From Octopus vulgaris (Eukaryota), in contig OX597820.1 of the NCBI GenBank assembly GCA_951406725.2, positions 128,154,001 through 128,218,000 of the forward strand: a stretch of 64,000 nucleotides of DNA, written 5' to 3'. The notes under the pieces are model-generated. The model was not told the DNA's origin and searched no databases. It worked only from the letters and a program-made list of their open reading frames with translations. Shown piece by piece: positions 39,227 through 52,480 of this stretch. Numbering within the stretch: position 1 is the stretch's first letter; each line of letters starts with the position of its first letter. Position numbers and translations under genes: made by a program.

Positions 39227-40605
39227 TACAAACCCCTGCAAAAATTATGGAATTACTTGACTTCGAGAGTTTTCATCCAGTTTTAGCTTACTTCGTAGCA
39301 TGTAAACAAATCATAGAAGACAAACTTTTCTTTAATAGTTGAAAATTTTGATTGCTTAAAACCTACTCCATGTGAGTCAAAATAAATTACGTTAATTAAT
39401 AACCTTCTTTACTCTAGATCCAGTAAGGGGGGAAATTATGTAATCAACTTGTAATTTGCATCTCTAAATAAATGCCAGCATAAATTTAAAGCTGCAAATT
39501 ATTCCGCAGTTAAAAGAGATTCATTACAAATATTATCGAGCAATTAGTTTTGTCTAATTGAAAGGAAACATGGCTCCAACGAGAGAGTTGTCAACTGAAA
39601 CGAGGGAAAGAGTCATAAAGCTCCTTCATGAAGGAAATCCCACATGGAGTAGTGTCAGTCACAAAAATAGGTTGACTGCCTTCAGTCAGATGAGCCTAAA
39701 TTTAGGCTGATGTATAAACATATTTGGAAGGTTACGAAAATAACAAATAAAATTAGAGTACAAACGATGTGAAAGTGTCAGGATGGAAAATTCCTAAAGA
39801 ATAGATGATGTATGAGTTATCAGGTCCCGACCGCAGGAATGGTAACTGCCCCGACATGATAACCCTCTTTCCATTCAAGGACGGTTGATCTCTTGTTAGG
39901 GATGCAACGTACTGCGACACGTTCTCTGGCTCCAACCTTGCACAATCGGTTGCAAACCCAGGTATCACCGCTTGTAAAGCGGAAGAGAGAAAAATTATTA
40001 AGTACAGGAGCCTGGCCGCTCGCCGACGAGACGCCGGGGTTCTAGGACCCCGTATTAGCGATTTCTTCGGCAAAACATGAATGACGGCGGCCTATCGAAG
40101 AAATGAGGTTCATGTGGTGGAGTGGCTGCTGCAGTATGTGTCGCTGGCGATTCTCCGCGGCAACGCCATCGCGATCATTACCGCGGAGCGCAGTTGAGCA
40201 CGCCACTTGTTCTGGGATATATGACTCATCGACCCCTCCCCTCCTTCATCCGCTGTTTTACCCCCACCTTTTTCCTTTTCTTTCTTTTTCTTTTTTATCT
40301 CTCTTCTTTCCTGTTTATTTGTATTTAAACAAAGATGTCCCCAATAGACAGAAACAGGATGTTTCTGGCAGAACTCGATTGAATGGAATAGGAACTGCGT
40401 TCAGGGAAGTCAAACTAAAACTAGTATTACGATCTAAATAGAAAGCATGAGTTACTGTAGGTTAAACAGAAGCAATTGTAGAGTATGGATGATTTGTTAA
40501 AAGTCATATTCAGTGATGAATTGCAAGTCTACTTCGGCCGAGGAGATAATGCTGGAGTTTTTGTCTGAAATCTTTCTTAAGAAACATATAAACAATATCG
40601 CTACT
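39227..40605 (+). mobile_element. Decayed Tc1 transposon, 5' part, interrupted by a CRE-like LINE fragment
   Basis: Tc1-like left end tacaaacccctgcaaaaattatggaat; ATG at 39570 reads MAPTRELSTETRERVIKLLHEG; KVIFSDE at ~40500-40520. Confidence 0.7.
39771..40328 (+). pseudogene. CRE-clade LINE 3' fragment (restriction-like endonuclease)
   Basis: GNCPDMITLFPFKDG*SLVRDATYCDTF, AEERKIIKYRSL, WLLQYVSLAILRGNA, followed by a pyrimidine-rich 3' UTR. Confidence 0.8.
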
Positions 40606-40639
40606 TAAAAAAAATCACATTTCTTCGCTAATTTATATG

Positions 40640-40944
40640 TTGTTGTTTGTTCCTTCTCGAGCCATGCCTGGCTCATAAGGGCCGGTTTCCCGGTTTCTTG
40701 ACGTATAGGTCCCCCACCTGGACGGAACGCCGATCCGTCGCAGGTGACCTGTATATGCAGGAGGAAAGAGTGAGAGAAAGTTGTGGCGAAAGAGTCAGCA
40801 GAAGTTTCGTCATTACCTTCTGCCGGAACTGCGTGGAGCTTAGGTGTTTCGCTCATAAACACACACATCGCCCGGTCTGAGATTCGAACCCGCGATCCCT
40901 CGACCGTGAGTCCGCTTCTCTAACCACTAGGCCATGTGCCTCCG
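40640..40944 (-). mobile_element. SINE family C, full length
   Basis: Minus-strand head ggaggcacatggcctagtggttag (A box) and ggttcgaatctc (B box); (aca)n-like tail. Confidence 0.9.
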
Positions 40945-41284
40945 CCTAATTTATATGGGGTTGCATCCGAGGCAAAAGAATAGAGGAAATGGGGATCATT
41001 GATCATTACCTCAACAATCAATGCATGGGGTTTCATTAAAGTTTTTGGCACTTTTCTCGTTACATCGATATCGTAAAGTAGGTTTGGTGATGACGAAGAT
41101 TTTAATCTTGCCACAGAACAAACCCTCACACAGACAAACACACAGACACACACGCACCAAACACCACACGCATCTATATTTTTATACATACATATATATA
41201 CATACACACATGTATTTATATATATACATTTATATATACATATATGTGTGTATATATGTGTGTGTGTATGCATATATAAAATGC

Positions 41285-41318
<34 letters not shown>

Positions 41319-41323
41319 ATACA

Positions 41324-41354
<31 letters not shown>

Positions 41355-42119
41355 GTGTGTGTGTGTTTTATAGTAAATTCTAGCAATAAAAATGAAACAC
41401 TGTTAGCACACCAATAAGTTAATGTTCGCTCGAACTGTCTAGAAAAGTACTAAAATATGCAAATCGTTCTTTCCAATTTACTTTTAATCTCTAATGTTAG
41501 TGGATTTATACGTCATACGTTTGGGAAGAGATAAGCAAGGTACAAGGTTGCTGATGAGGATTCCAGTAAGAATCAAACCGTGCGCACAGCTTTTCTCTCA
41601 TTTACTTTCCACGAACTTATTGAACAGACGCATTGTTTACATCCTTCGTTTCCCAGTTCTGAATGAAAGACATCTATAGATATGTACATAACAGCAATTA
41701 AACTAAATTCTGTTATAAAACGCCAGTAATTTAACATATCTGCGTGTGCATTGTTAACTTCAGGAAATACACCGTTATAGACAAGAAAATTACAGCAAGT
41801 GACAGCGGTGTCAGTCGTTGCATCCAGACCCTCATATAACATGTTTGACATTGCGTTTTTATTCTTCTCTTCCGTTTTACGAATTCAGTGTGCAGACGCG
41901 CATTGCATGCTCATACTTCTCTTTTCGTTTCCTACTCAAAATTTTACAGATCACAACCTTCTCACGAACCTGCAGTCGTTAGCAGCGCTTCACGCTCCGG
42001 TGATTGTGAAAAAACGTCACTCCACGTTCTCGAAATTTGTAAATTCTTACGACGTCAACAGCATGGAATTCTCGCTGATAAGCATAAACTTTCTAAAACG
42101 GATAGAGAAATTCGAAGAA

Positions 42120-42189
42120 TTGCTTTGCTTCAATGGTAGAACGCCTCTCATGCTTACAGGAGATGTAGGTTCGAGTCCCATTGGCAGCC
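42120..42189 (+). pseudogene. tRNA-like sequence (tRNA pseudogene or old SINE head)
   Basis: gcttcaatggtagaac (D arm/A box), tctc..gaga anticodon-like stem, ggttcgagtccc (T loop/B box); acceptor stem imperfect. Confidence 0.5.
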
Positions 42190-42418
42190 TTTGACTTTTC
42201 TATCCAGAAGGTATTTAATCCGATCCACCGAACTCTACTACACTCTGCTTAGGTAATGAATACTCCTATATATTTAAAAATTGTGTATAGATACGCATAC
42301 ACGCATACACACACGCGCACATATATATATATATACATATAAAATAAGGATAATAATCATGTTAATGATTATTATCAGGTAGTCTGCATGAAAACAAGCA
42401 ATTTATATATTAAATTAA

Positions 42419-42523
<105 letters not shown>

Positions 42524-42536
42524 TATATATATACAT

Positions 42537-44720
42537 ATAACGGGAAGCTTTATGAAAATAAACAAAAGACGAAGGCAGGTGGAAAACAAACGAACAATTG
42601 TATTAGTATGGCGCTCAGGAAATATAAATAAAACAAGTCTTTAACGTTTCGAGCCTACGCTCTTCAACAGAAAGATACACAGAGAGAGAAAAACACAGAA
42701 AGAAGGAGAGAAAAAAATGCGTGCAGTAGCTAACGAATCAACATGGCGATCTGATTTCGGCCAGAGGTCAAAGATCAAACATGAGACGCGAGAGCGAAAT
42801 AAGGGGAGATAATAGGGTTGATAAAAGGGTTGAGGGACCAGCTAAAAGTGCGTGGGAGGGGTCTGGATGTGTGTATGTATAGGGTTGGTGTATGTATTAG
42901 TATGTATAAGGGTGTGTGTGTGTGTGTGTGTGTGTATGAGAGAGTATTAGTGCGTAGGATTGGTCTGGACGTGCGTATGTATGGGGTTGGTGTATGTATT
43001 AGTATGTATTAGTATGTATTAGTACGTATTGGTATGTATAGGTGTGTGTGTGTGTGTGTGAGAGAGTATAAGTGCGTATGCGGGGTCTGGACGTGTGTAT
43101 GTATAGGGTTGGTGTAAGTATTAGTATGTACTAGTATGTATTAGTACGTATTAGTATGTATTAGTTGGTGTGTGTATTAGTATGGCACATCATATGTGAT
43201 GTGATGTGTAAAGTCATGTGGTGTAGTGAGGAGAAGAGGGGAGGGGGAGAAGAGGGGGGAGAAGGGGAGGGGGAGAAGAGGGGGGAGAAGGGGAGGGGAA
43301 GAAGAGGGGGAGGAGAAGGGGGAAGAGGAGAGGATGGGGGAGAAGGAAGGGGAGGAGGGGGATGAAGGAGGAAAGAGGGAGAGGGGGAGAAGGGGAGTGA
43401 GGGAGCAGAGGGAAGGGGAAGAGGGAGGGAGAAAGAGGGAAGAAGGGAAGGGGAGTAGGGGTGAAAGGATGAAGGACTGAAGAAGTAGGGGTCGGGGGGA
43501 GAAAGGATAGGTGAGGAGGGGGGAGAGGGGGTTAGATGAGGAGGGGGGAGAGGGGGGTTAGATGAGGAGGGGGGGAGAGTTGAGACCAAATGGCGTATAA
43601 GAGCGAAGAGAGAAGATTAATTCCTGTTCACGGCGCAAACGGGAATCCGGATGGCCTCTGTGTAAGGACAAACCGAACACAGATAGGTGTTGCAAGGAGT
43701 GACCGGTGGAGCGGAAATGGCGTGAGACCGGTGTGTCGTTCGCAAGGTGGATGTCACGAAGGTGTTCCGCGAACCGGTCAGCCAAGCGGCGTCCCGTTTG
43801 TCCGATGTACAAGGAATTGCAGAGAGAGCAAGAGATGCAATAGATAATATTGCTGGAGGTGCAGGTGAAGGAGTGGATGATGGGATAGGGTCGATGGTGG
43901 GTGCTAGTGAGGCGGGTGGTGTTGGAGAGGTAAGGGCAAGTGCGGCAACGTGGGCGGGAGCAGGGGAACGAGCCGGGTTGGGAGGTAGGGTCAGGGAAGG
44001 AGCTATGGACCAAAAGGTCTCGAAGGTTGTGGGCTCGTTTGAAAGAGGGGAGGGGTCGGTTAGGGAAGAGGTGTGAAGTGGACGGGTCGGACTGGAGATG
44101 ACGGAAAGCTCGAAGAATGGTGCGTTGGAGACGTAGGGTCGTGGGGTGGTAAGTGAGGGGGAAAGGGAGGCGGGAGACTACAGGGCGGGTTCGGGGAGAG
44201 AGAGCAGATACACGGTCCACGGACCGTGCTCTGGCAAGGGCGGTGTGGATAGTGGTGAGGGGGTATCCACGTAGGGTGAAGTGGTGAGCCATACGTTGAG
44301 ACTGAGTCTCAAAGTCATGGTCGTCACTACAGAGCCTACGTAGACGGAGGAATTGGGAATAGGGGATGGAAAGCTTGGTGTGTTCTGGGTGGGAGGAAGA
44401 GAAGTTGAGGTATGAGTGTGAGTCTGTGTGTTTGTAGTGAATGGAGGTGGTTAAGAGTGGAGTGAAGAATGCTAACCGAAATGTCGAGGAAGGAGACAGA
44501 GGTGTTGGAGATAGTGGAAGTGAAGTGGAGGGCTGGATGGAAAGATTGGACGAAAGAGAGGAAGGAATCTAGATGTTCGCGGGAGAGTGAGGTGGCACCG
44601 ATAATGTCGTCAATATAACGACCATATAGTTCAGGAGTGGGACCAGTGAAATTAGAGAGTATTTGGGCCTCAACATAGCCAACGAACAGGTTCGCATAGT
44701 TGGGGCCCATTCGCGTTATA
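42537..44720 (-). mobile_element. 5'-truncated Penelope-like retroelement (Neptune-like Cys linker) with 3' terminal repeat, bounded by (TA)n
   Basis: RT and GIY-YIG ORFs, long low-complexity 3' region, hammerhead-like motif at 42638-42675, short inverted ends tataacggga / tcgcgttata. Confidence 0.9.
43558..44710 (-). pseudogene. PLE reverse transcriptase C-half plus GIY-YIG endonuclease (frameshifted)
   Basis: MGPNYANLFVG, RYIDDI, SFLDISV; CSRPRCRTC linker; NIIYCISCSLCNSLYIGQTGRRLADRFAEH...REQELI...GLN. Confidence 0.93.
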
Positions 44721-44737
44721 CATATATATATATATAT

Positions 44738-47063
44738 ATTATTTTATTTTTATTTATTTTATTTTATTTTATTTTATTTAGTTTCAGCTCACAAGCTGTG
44801 ACAATGCTGGGGTACCGCCATTTGGTGTTGCTACATGATTTTACTTCATGAATGCTTTTTAGCAATTGCCATTTGGTGTATGAGAGAGTTCGATGCAGCT
44901 GCCCTCATCTGCACCTCCTGTCGTGAAGTTGGTTCATCTGGGACACCTGACAAGAAGAGATCCAGTTTCATTTTAAAAACATCAGCATCCACCCCATGCA
45001 GGTCTCTTAGGTTTTTCGGGAGGATATTGAAGAGCTGTGAGCCTCGGAAGCCCAGGCTATCACAGTATCTTGTCCTACATTTTCATGGAAAATTTGGAGT
45101 CCTTGGCACTATGCAGTGGCGCCCAGTTCTGGCATTTGTGTAACTCTCGATGCCAAAGTTTGGGACAAGTCCTTCTAGGATCTTTCTCGCTTACGCTCTA
45201 AGGAATAGAGTCTCAATCTCTTGAGTCTTTCCCAATAGCTTATATGCTGCACAGAGGCTATCTTCTTCGTGTAGCTTCGTTGGATCGCCTTAAGTTCTGT
45301 GATTAACTTGACACTGGATGGTGACCATAGCTGAGAGCAATAGTCAAAGTGGCTTAGGACAAGTGTCCTCCAGAGGACCATCATGGTTTCCTAGTCTCTT
45401 CTTCTAAAGGTTCTAAGAATCCATCCGGTCAGCCGCCTACATTTCATTGCTAATTTAGCAACAACACATGAAAGGTTGCATCATCACCCATGTAAATACC
45501 CAGGTCTCGCACTGATTGTGCCTCTGGGATTGCAATCCCTCCAGGCCCAGTGTATTTATTGGGTATTGCATTTAGTTTTGCATGCTGATAGTATAAAGCT
45601 TGAAACTTTTCAGCATTGAACTGCATACTATTCTTTTCAGCCCACTTGTATATTTTGTCCAGCTCACATTGCAGGTGCTTAGTGTCTTCAGGGTTCTGTA
45701 TTGCCTGTGAAACTTTTGTATCATCTGCATAACTTGTGATCGTGGCTCTCTGCGTGGCTGAGGGCATGTCTGAGAGGGCCATTATGAACAGTAGTGGTCC
45801 CAAAACAGTGCCTTGCGGAACACCGCTCACTATTTGCGTGTTAATGGAAGTGGCCCCATTGGCTACTACCACCTGACTTCTATCCTTCAGAAAGTCATGA
45901 AGCCATTCTCCCAATTTTCCAACTATGCCAAGATCACGCAGTTTGTGACATATCATTCCATGATCGACTTTAGCAAAGGCCTTTGCAAAGTCGAGATATA
46001 TGACTTCCACGTTTGAGTGGTTGAGCAGTCGTTTCAGCACCCAGTCATAGTGTTGTAGGAGCTGAGTTAAGCAGCTTCTTCCTGGTCGGAAACCATGTTG
46101 GGTGTCAGGCAGCAAGTTAATTTCTTCAAGGAAGGTGATTAGTTTCCTTCTGACTATTCGTTCCATGACCTTGCTGATGTGTGAGGTCAGAGAGATAGGT
46201 CTGTAGTTCTTGGCCTTCGCTCTGCTACCTCCTTTATGAATAGGGCATATTTTACCTTCCTTCAGTTTTCTTGGAAGTTTGCCAGTTGCAAGGAAGCTCT
46301 GAAAGAGGAACTGCAGTGGTCTTGCTAGGACTCTCTTACATACTTTTAGAAGGATTGCTGGGAATCCATCAGGGCCAGTAGCTGAGTTTGTTTTCATTTC
46401 ATCAATAGCCTTTATTACATCGTCTTCCGTTATATTGATGTAATCAATCATCGCTGCCTCTGATTTTATATCTGCAGTGGTAAAGAAGTCAGTTGGATTG
46501 CTGACTTGAAAATGCCCTAGGGGTGGAGTGAAAATACTCTTGAATTGCTCATTTAGTATTTCACTTACCCTCATTGGATTTCCTGTGAGTGTGCCATCCT
46601 TTTCAAGGTGTGGCCCTATCCTACAGTGTACCGTAGCTGTTTCTTTGGCATACCTGTAGAAAGCTCTGGGGTTAGATTTTATGTTGTCTATAGCCCAGGC
46701 TTCTTTGTCTGCTCTTTCTTTTTCATGGGAGAGTTACAGACATTTTTCAATTTCCAACAGTTTTATTTTCAGGCGGGACTTTTCACTGCTTTCAATTTGT
46801 TTGTTTAGGCGATTTGAAACTTTTGTACGCCGTCTCATTAGAATTTTCCTCTCTCTGGGGATTTTGCTCTTGTGTACAGTGGCCTTTCTCTCTGGGACAT
46901 ATTTGTAGCATATGGCTTGCATTACAGACATGAATTGTTGAAGTTTCATGTCGATGTCAGGCGAGGATAGACATTCAGGCCAGTTTTGTTTGAGGATCTC
47001 TTTCTTAATTTGTTTCCAGTTTGCCTTATGGAAGTTCAAGCTGGAAAGATTCTGAGAGTTTCT

Positions 47064-47066
<3 letters not shown>
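44738..47066 (-). mobile_element. 5'-truncated CR1/L2-group-like LINE with (TAAAA)n tail
   Basis: RT ORFs 45450-46574, 45175-45384 and 46734-47039; 3' stem-loop at 44781-44820 and an A-rich tail. Confidence 0.9.
45450..46574 (-). pseudogene. LINE reverse transcriptase domain
   Basis: GPDGFPA, NYRPISLTS, QHGFRPGRSC, YLDFAKAF, GVPQGTVLGPLLF, YADDT, RDLGI. Confidence 0.95.
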
Positions 47067-47107
<41 letters not shown>

Positions 47108-47572
47108 GGGAGAATGTCTAAACATGACTTTTGTCCTCCATACTGAAATGAATGTGTAAACATTACGAAGCTACCAAGAAAAACGCTATAAATACATTCA
47201 ATTGAAAGCGGGATAGTGAGAAGATATTTTAAAAGATTCCACATTAATTGCGAATTAGCTAATTTCAAGATTAAAACCTTAAACAAACCCATAACAAAGT
47301 GAGTTTGCACGTCTATACACAAATACTTACAAGTTTAGATTCAAAACATCCAGATTAAAATTTTCTCACGGTGACCACATGTATTTATATAAAAATAAAA
47401 CCGCAGAAAATGCAGATTAATGATAAGGAGTAAAAATATTATAATAATATTTTACTTATTTATTTATATATATAAAATAAGGATAAAAATAGCGTTAATG
47501 AAAATTATCAGGTAGTCAGCATAGAAATAAGCAATTTATATACATACATACATACATACATACATACATACA

Positions 47573-47655
<83 letters not shown>

Positions 47656-47658
<3 letters not shown>

Positions 47659-47831
47659 GGAGATGTTCTTGCATAGCAAGTGATCTGATCCGAGATTGTG
47701 TGCTGAAACAAAAACAATTGCAGCGTGGAAGGTGTTTATAAGCCATTTAAAAACACACAAACATACAAAAGAACCGTTAGATTAACCTCAACATTTAAAT
47801 TTAATTTGTCAAAATATTTTCGTCGTTTTGA
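47656..47831 (-). mobile_element. Second copy of the 4296-4545 PLE-type terminus
   Basis: Shares gatctgatccgagattgtgtgctgaaac..aattgcagcgtggaaggtgtttataagccatttaa and tttgtcaaaatattttcgtcg; truncated within the ribozyme-like motif. Confidence 0.7.
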
Positions 47832-48289
47832 AATATATATATTAAAAGAGAATGAAATCTTAACTAAATAAATGTGTCTCACTGCAAAAATGCCGTTCGC
47901 CAATCTACTTCGTTCAAAGTTTAACTGAAATACAGATAAATAAAAGATATAGTGGAGATCGGTAGTTAAAACTGGACTAATCAAGTAAAATATGGATTTA
48001 AGCTACTGTTTAACATTATATGATAAAATCAAGAGGATTGGTAGTAAAAACGAAGTCCCTAAACTTCAAGATATAATTATTCTAGTTTTATGACGACAGT
48101 AACAGAAAACTTGCAAAGAGAGATAGCATCAATGAAGATTATTTCAAATATAACGTCGGCCATTTTTTCTGTTAAACTCCTTCAAATAAATCTTATATAA
48201 CGTACTGACTTTTTGGTGTTCGTTTCTTTGTTTCCTTTTTTTTTTTTCGTCTTTAAGCAATATTAGGTCTTTTTGTACATGTCAGTTCG

Positions 48290-48856
48290 TCAAGGCATGC
48301 TATGTTCTTGGAGTTTTCTGTGAGGATTCTAGATGAGTGGGGATAGTTAACCTGTTGCTTCACACTTTATCTCTGGATGAAGTAGACATTGTGAGTGCTC
48401 TTCTATCACTCTCATACACTGCATCATAACAGAGCCTTAGAAACCGAGGGAGATAGTGTCTGTGGAAGAATCTGAGAGGGAAATGAAAAGAGTCTGCTTG
48501 AGAGAAATTAAGAAACAAAGGTCGTCAGGGGAAATCGATCTTTACAGTAAGGAAGAACCGAGTATAAGTAGTATGAGGCCTGTGAAGTAAGGCAAAAAAA
48601 GTTTGCTAGGAGGAAGAGAGACTAGTGAGACGTGGGGACACGCCAAAGTTAATGAAATGTGAAACATAAAGAAGTCCATCTACACCGATCCATCTACACC
48701 GATCCAAAAGAATACAAATTAGGAGGAGTCCATAGACAAGATGTTTCGATAGGACGTTCGCATGCCAAGCTTTTCTAATGTCGAGTTTGACACATATTCC
48801 ACCAAATTTCTCCAGGACAAGAGCTAGCCCACTGATGGGTAGGTCATAGGTCACCA
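48290..48856 (-). pseudogene. Highly decayed LINE RT remnant (Jockey-like)
   Basis: KLDIRKAWHANVLSKHLVYG and INFGVSPR resemble LDISKAFDRVWH and INSGVPQG. Confidence 0.5.
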
Positions 48857-48876
48857 GTGGAGAGAAGAAAAGAAAC

Positions 48877-48933
<57 letters not shown>

Positions 48934-48998
48934 GACGGAGGAAAATAATCAAAGCATTGGAGGTCATTACTTCAATTATAATATGATGCTAGAATAAG

Positions 48999-50400
48999 AC
49001 TGCGAGCTGGCAGAATCGTTAGGAGGCCGGGCAAACTGCTTTGCGACATTTCGCCCGTTAAGTCTTTACGTTCTGAGTTCAAATTCCGCCGAGGTCCACT
49101 TTGCCTTTCATCCTTCGTGGTCGATAAATTAAGTACTAACCGAGCACTAGAAATCGATGTAATCGACTTACCTACTCCCCGGAAACGACTGGCCTTGTGC
49201 CAGAATTTGAAACCAATATTTTCTCTCATAAAGGCGGCGAGTTGGCAGAGACGATAGCAGGCCGGACGAAATGCTTAGCGGTATTTCTTCTGTCTTTACG
49301 TTCTGAGTTCAAATTCCTCCAAGGTCGACTTTGCCTTTCATCTTTTCGGGGTCTATAAATTAAGTACCAGTTACGCACTGGGATCGATATAGTCGACTTA
49401 ATCCGTTTGTCTGTCCTTGTTTGTCCTCTCTGTGGGTAGAAAAGAAATAGGTATTTCGTCTGTCTTTACGTTCTGAGTTCAAATTCCGCCAAGGTCGACT
49501 TTGCCTTTCATCCTTTCGGGGTCGATGTAATCGACTTAATCCCTTTGTCTGTCCTTGTTTGTCCCCTCTATGTTTAACCACTTGTGGGCAATAAGGAAAT
49601 AAGAAACGTTACCACACTGAGCAAGATGCTTAGTAACATTTCGTCCGTCTTAACGTTCTGAGTTCAAATTCCGCCGAGGTCGACTTTGTCTTTTCTTCCC
49701 TTTCAGGGTCGATAAAATAAATACCAGTTCAGCAACATTTTGGCACAACGCCAGCAATTTCAGGGGATGGTTAAGTCGATTACATTAACCCCAGTGCTCG
49801 ACTGGTACTTATTTTATCGACCTCGAAAAGATGAAATGCAAATTGTCCTCGGCAGAATTCGGACACAGAAAGAAAGATGGACGAAATGCCGCTAAGTATA
49901 CTGTCAGGCGAGCGAAAGATTCTACCACCGCGCCACCCTAAACCTTTAAAATATTGGTTTCAAATTTTGGTAAAAGGCCAGCAATTTCGGTGGGGTGGGG
50001 ACTAAGTCGATTACATCGACCCTAGTGATCAACTGGTACTTATTCTATCGATCTCGAAAAGATGAAAGCCAAATCGACCTCGGCAGAAATTGAACTCAGA
50101 ACGTAAATACGGACGAAATTCTGCCAAGTATTTTGTCTAGAGAGCTAACGATTCAACTAGCTAGCTGCCCTAAATCTTTAAAATACTGAAATTTAAAAAC
50201 CATCATCTCTAGAAACACGTCAATTTGATAGGAAAATATTTTAACTAGATTTGGGGCTGTGGAATGAAAAAATATTAGAAGTAGTGGACAAAATACTGCA
50301 GGGTATTTTGTCTCTTTACGTTCTCCGTTCAAATCCCACTGAGACCATTTCTATCTTTCGTCCTTTCTGATTGATAAATTAAATACCAATCAAGCACAAA
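48999..50400. mobile_element. Dense SINE family B cluster in both orientations
   Basis: tacgttctgagttcaaattcc-type motif five times on + (49067-49680), two reverse copies at 49738-50170, and one diverged + copy after 50275. Confidence 0.85.
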
Positions 50401-50435
50401 GGTAGATTTAATCTACCCCAGGTTATGTGGCATAA

Positions 50436-50923
50436 CTCTTTGTGGGCCGGAGGGGTTCCCTTGGGACCCCAGCAACTTTTAAAAGTTATGCAACTTTTGC
50501 ATTTTTTATTTAATTGATTTTATATCTAATGACTTAAATTATCAATAGTTCATGTTTGCACACATTTTGAGTTAAACATTTCAAGTCATTTGGATGTTGG
50601 ATGTTATAGCATAAAATATAGTCATCGGGGTTCAACTGGACCCCATTGACCTTCTGTGAAGTTTTTTTTCTGCTCATTTTTTATATATTCAGATGAACTG
50701 TAAGTCAATTTTCTTAGTATTTATACTGGTATGAATCGATATACTAAATAATTTTGTTTTATTTTATATTTTGTGCTATAGGTATAGTTTATAAAACTAT
50801 AAAAAAAGTGCTATATACAAGATTAAACAAATATTACTTTATGAATAGTGCGGAAATGCATAAAAATAAAAGGTGACCCCAATAGCTTATTGTGTTATTC
50901 CAACCCCGCCGGCCCACGAAGTG
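50436..50923. mobile_element. piggyBac-type MITE
   Basis: TIRs ctctttgtgggccggaggggtt / aaccccgccggcccacgaagtg (19 of 22 complementary), flanked by ataa and ttaa; internal ggggtt..gacccc motif occurs twice. Confidence 0.75.
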
Positions 50924-51403
50924 TTAAACAGGTTCTTTCAACATTTATCTCGTTGAGAGATGAGGGACGGAACCTTACTTTTGCCGCAAAGCTTAAGTGA
51001 GATCAACAGAGCTTCATTTTATTTTATATTAACATTTTACAAACATACAAATATTCATGCTCTTGCAATAACATAAATCGCTCACACACGTTTCATTATG
51101 AGTATGCTTAACTTTTCATGATTGTGTATGTGTGTATGCGTGTGTTTGTGGGGACAGGCATGTCTACAACATTCGCAACTACATATGAATCAGTGGCATG
51201 AATATAGCATCGATTGCATAACCATCAACACACACGAATGCAAACTCACAAACACATGAACACTTACAAATACGTACAGTCGTACATACAAACACATACA
51301 AACATACAAACACATAAGCACACTCAAGCGCTATAAATATAACGAAGATTGGACAGCCATCTACATACAAACTTACATACATATATGTATGTACGTAGAT
51401 TCG

Positions 51404-51443
<40 letters not shown>

Positions 51444-51934
51444 GCATACACACTCTACAGCTTCAGAGACATGTATGTGCGCGCAGATATATACACATCA
51501 TATACACACATACAATCGCACGCACGTGCATTAACACAAACATACATACATAGACCATCACGGCTGCACATATACAATCACACAAAAACATACACTAGCA
51601 TACACATATATACACTCACACTCACTAACACAGACGCACACACACATACACACACACATATACACACGTGCGCGCACGCACACCCGCACACCCTCACGTA
51701 CACATGTGCATCCATCGTTTATTTCTAGTTCTAACAATGTCGCTGCTGTCTGTACATTTTCGACAAGTTTGTTAGTGTAGAACTGGTAATAAATGTCTTG
51801 TCCCATCTAATACAAACAGGCCAACGGTGGAATGGTTGGGTGTAAATCATCAAACTCTATAGAACTGGTTGCTTATTCTCACTTCGCTGAGAATTTATTG
51901 CTTTGCGATTATAGCTGAGATATACATACATACA

Positions 51935-51968
<34 letters not shown>

Positions 51969-52137
51969 CATACATATGTGTGCGTGTGTCTATACATATT
52001 TACATAATATGCATGCATGTATGTATATATATGTACATATATACTTAGATTTATATATCTGTGTGTATGTATATGTGTGTGTGTGTATATATATATATAT
52101 GATTATACATATATGAATATGTATCTATATATATCTA

Positions 52138-52194
<57 letters not shown>

Positions 52195-52437
52195 TGAGAG
52201 ATAGATAGATAGATATAGATACATACACATAAATGTATAATCATAGATGTGGAGGTGTATACGCATCTGTATATCAATATGTGCTATATGTGTGTGTTTG
52301 TGTGCGCGCGTGTGCATGTGTGTGTATACATACATATGTGTGCGTATGTGTGTGTATACATATATGTACGCATACATACATATAAATACCTGTGTGTGAA
52401 TAAGATGACAGATGGCTTTCTATATGTTATATATACA

Positions 52438-52480
<43 letters not shown>

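Noticed and set aside
41573-42110. piggyBac-like transposase relic on the minus strand
   Set aside because: Only vague motif resemblance and no TIRs found; needs a profile search.
42120-42189. Functional tRNA gene
   Set aside because: The acceptor and T stems are mismatched and the anticodon loop is irregular; kept only as a pseudogene or SINE head.
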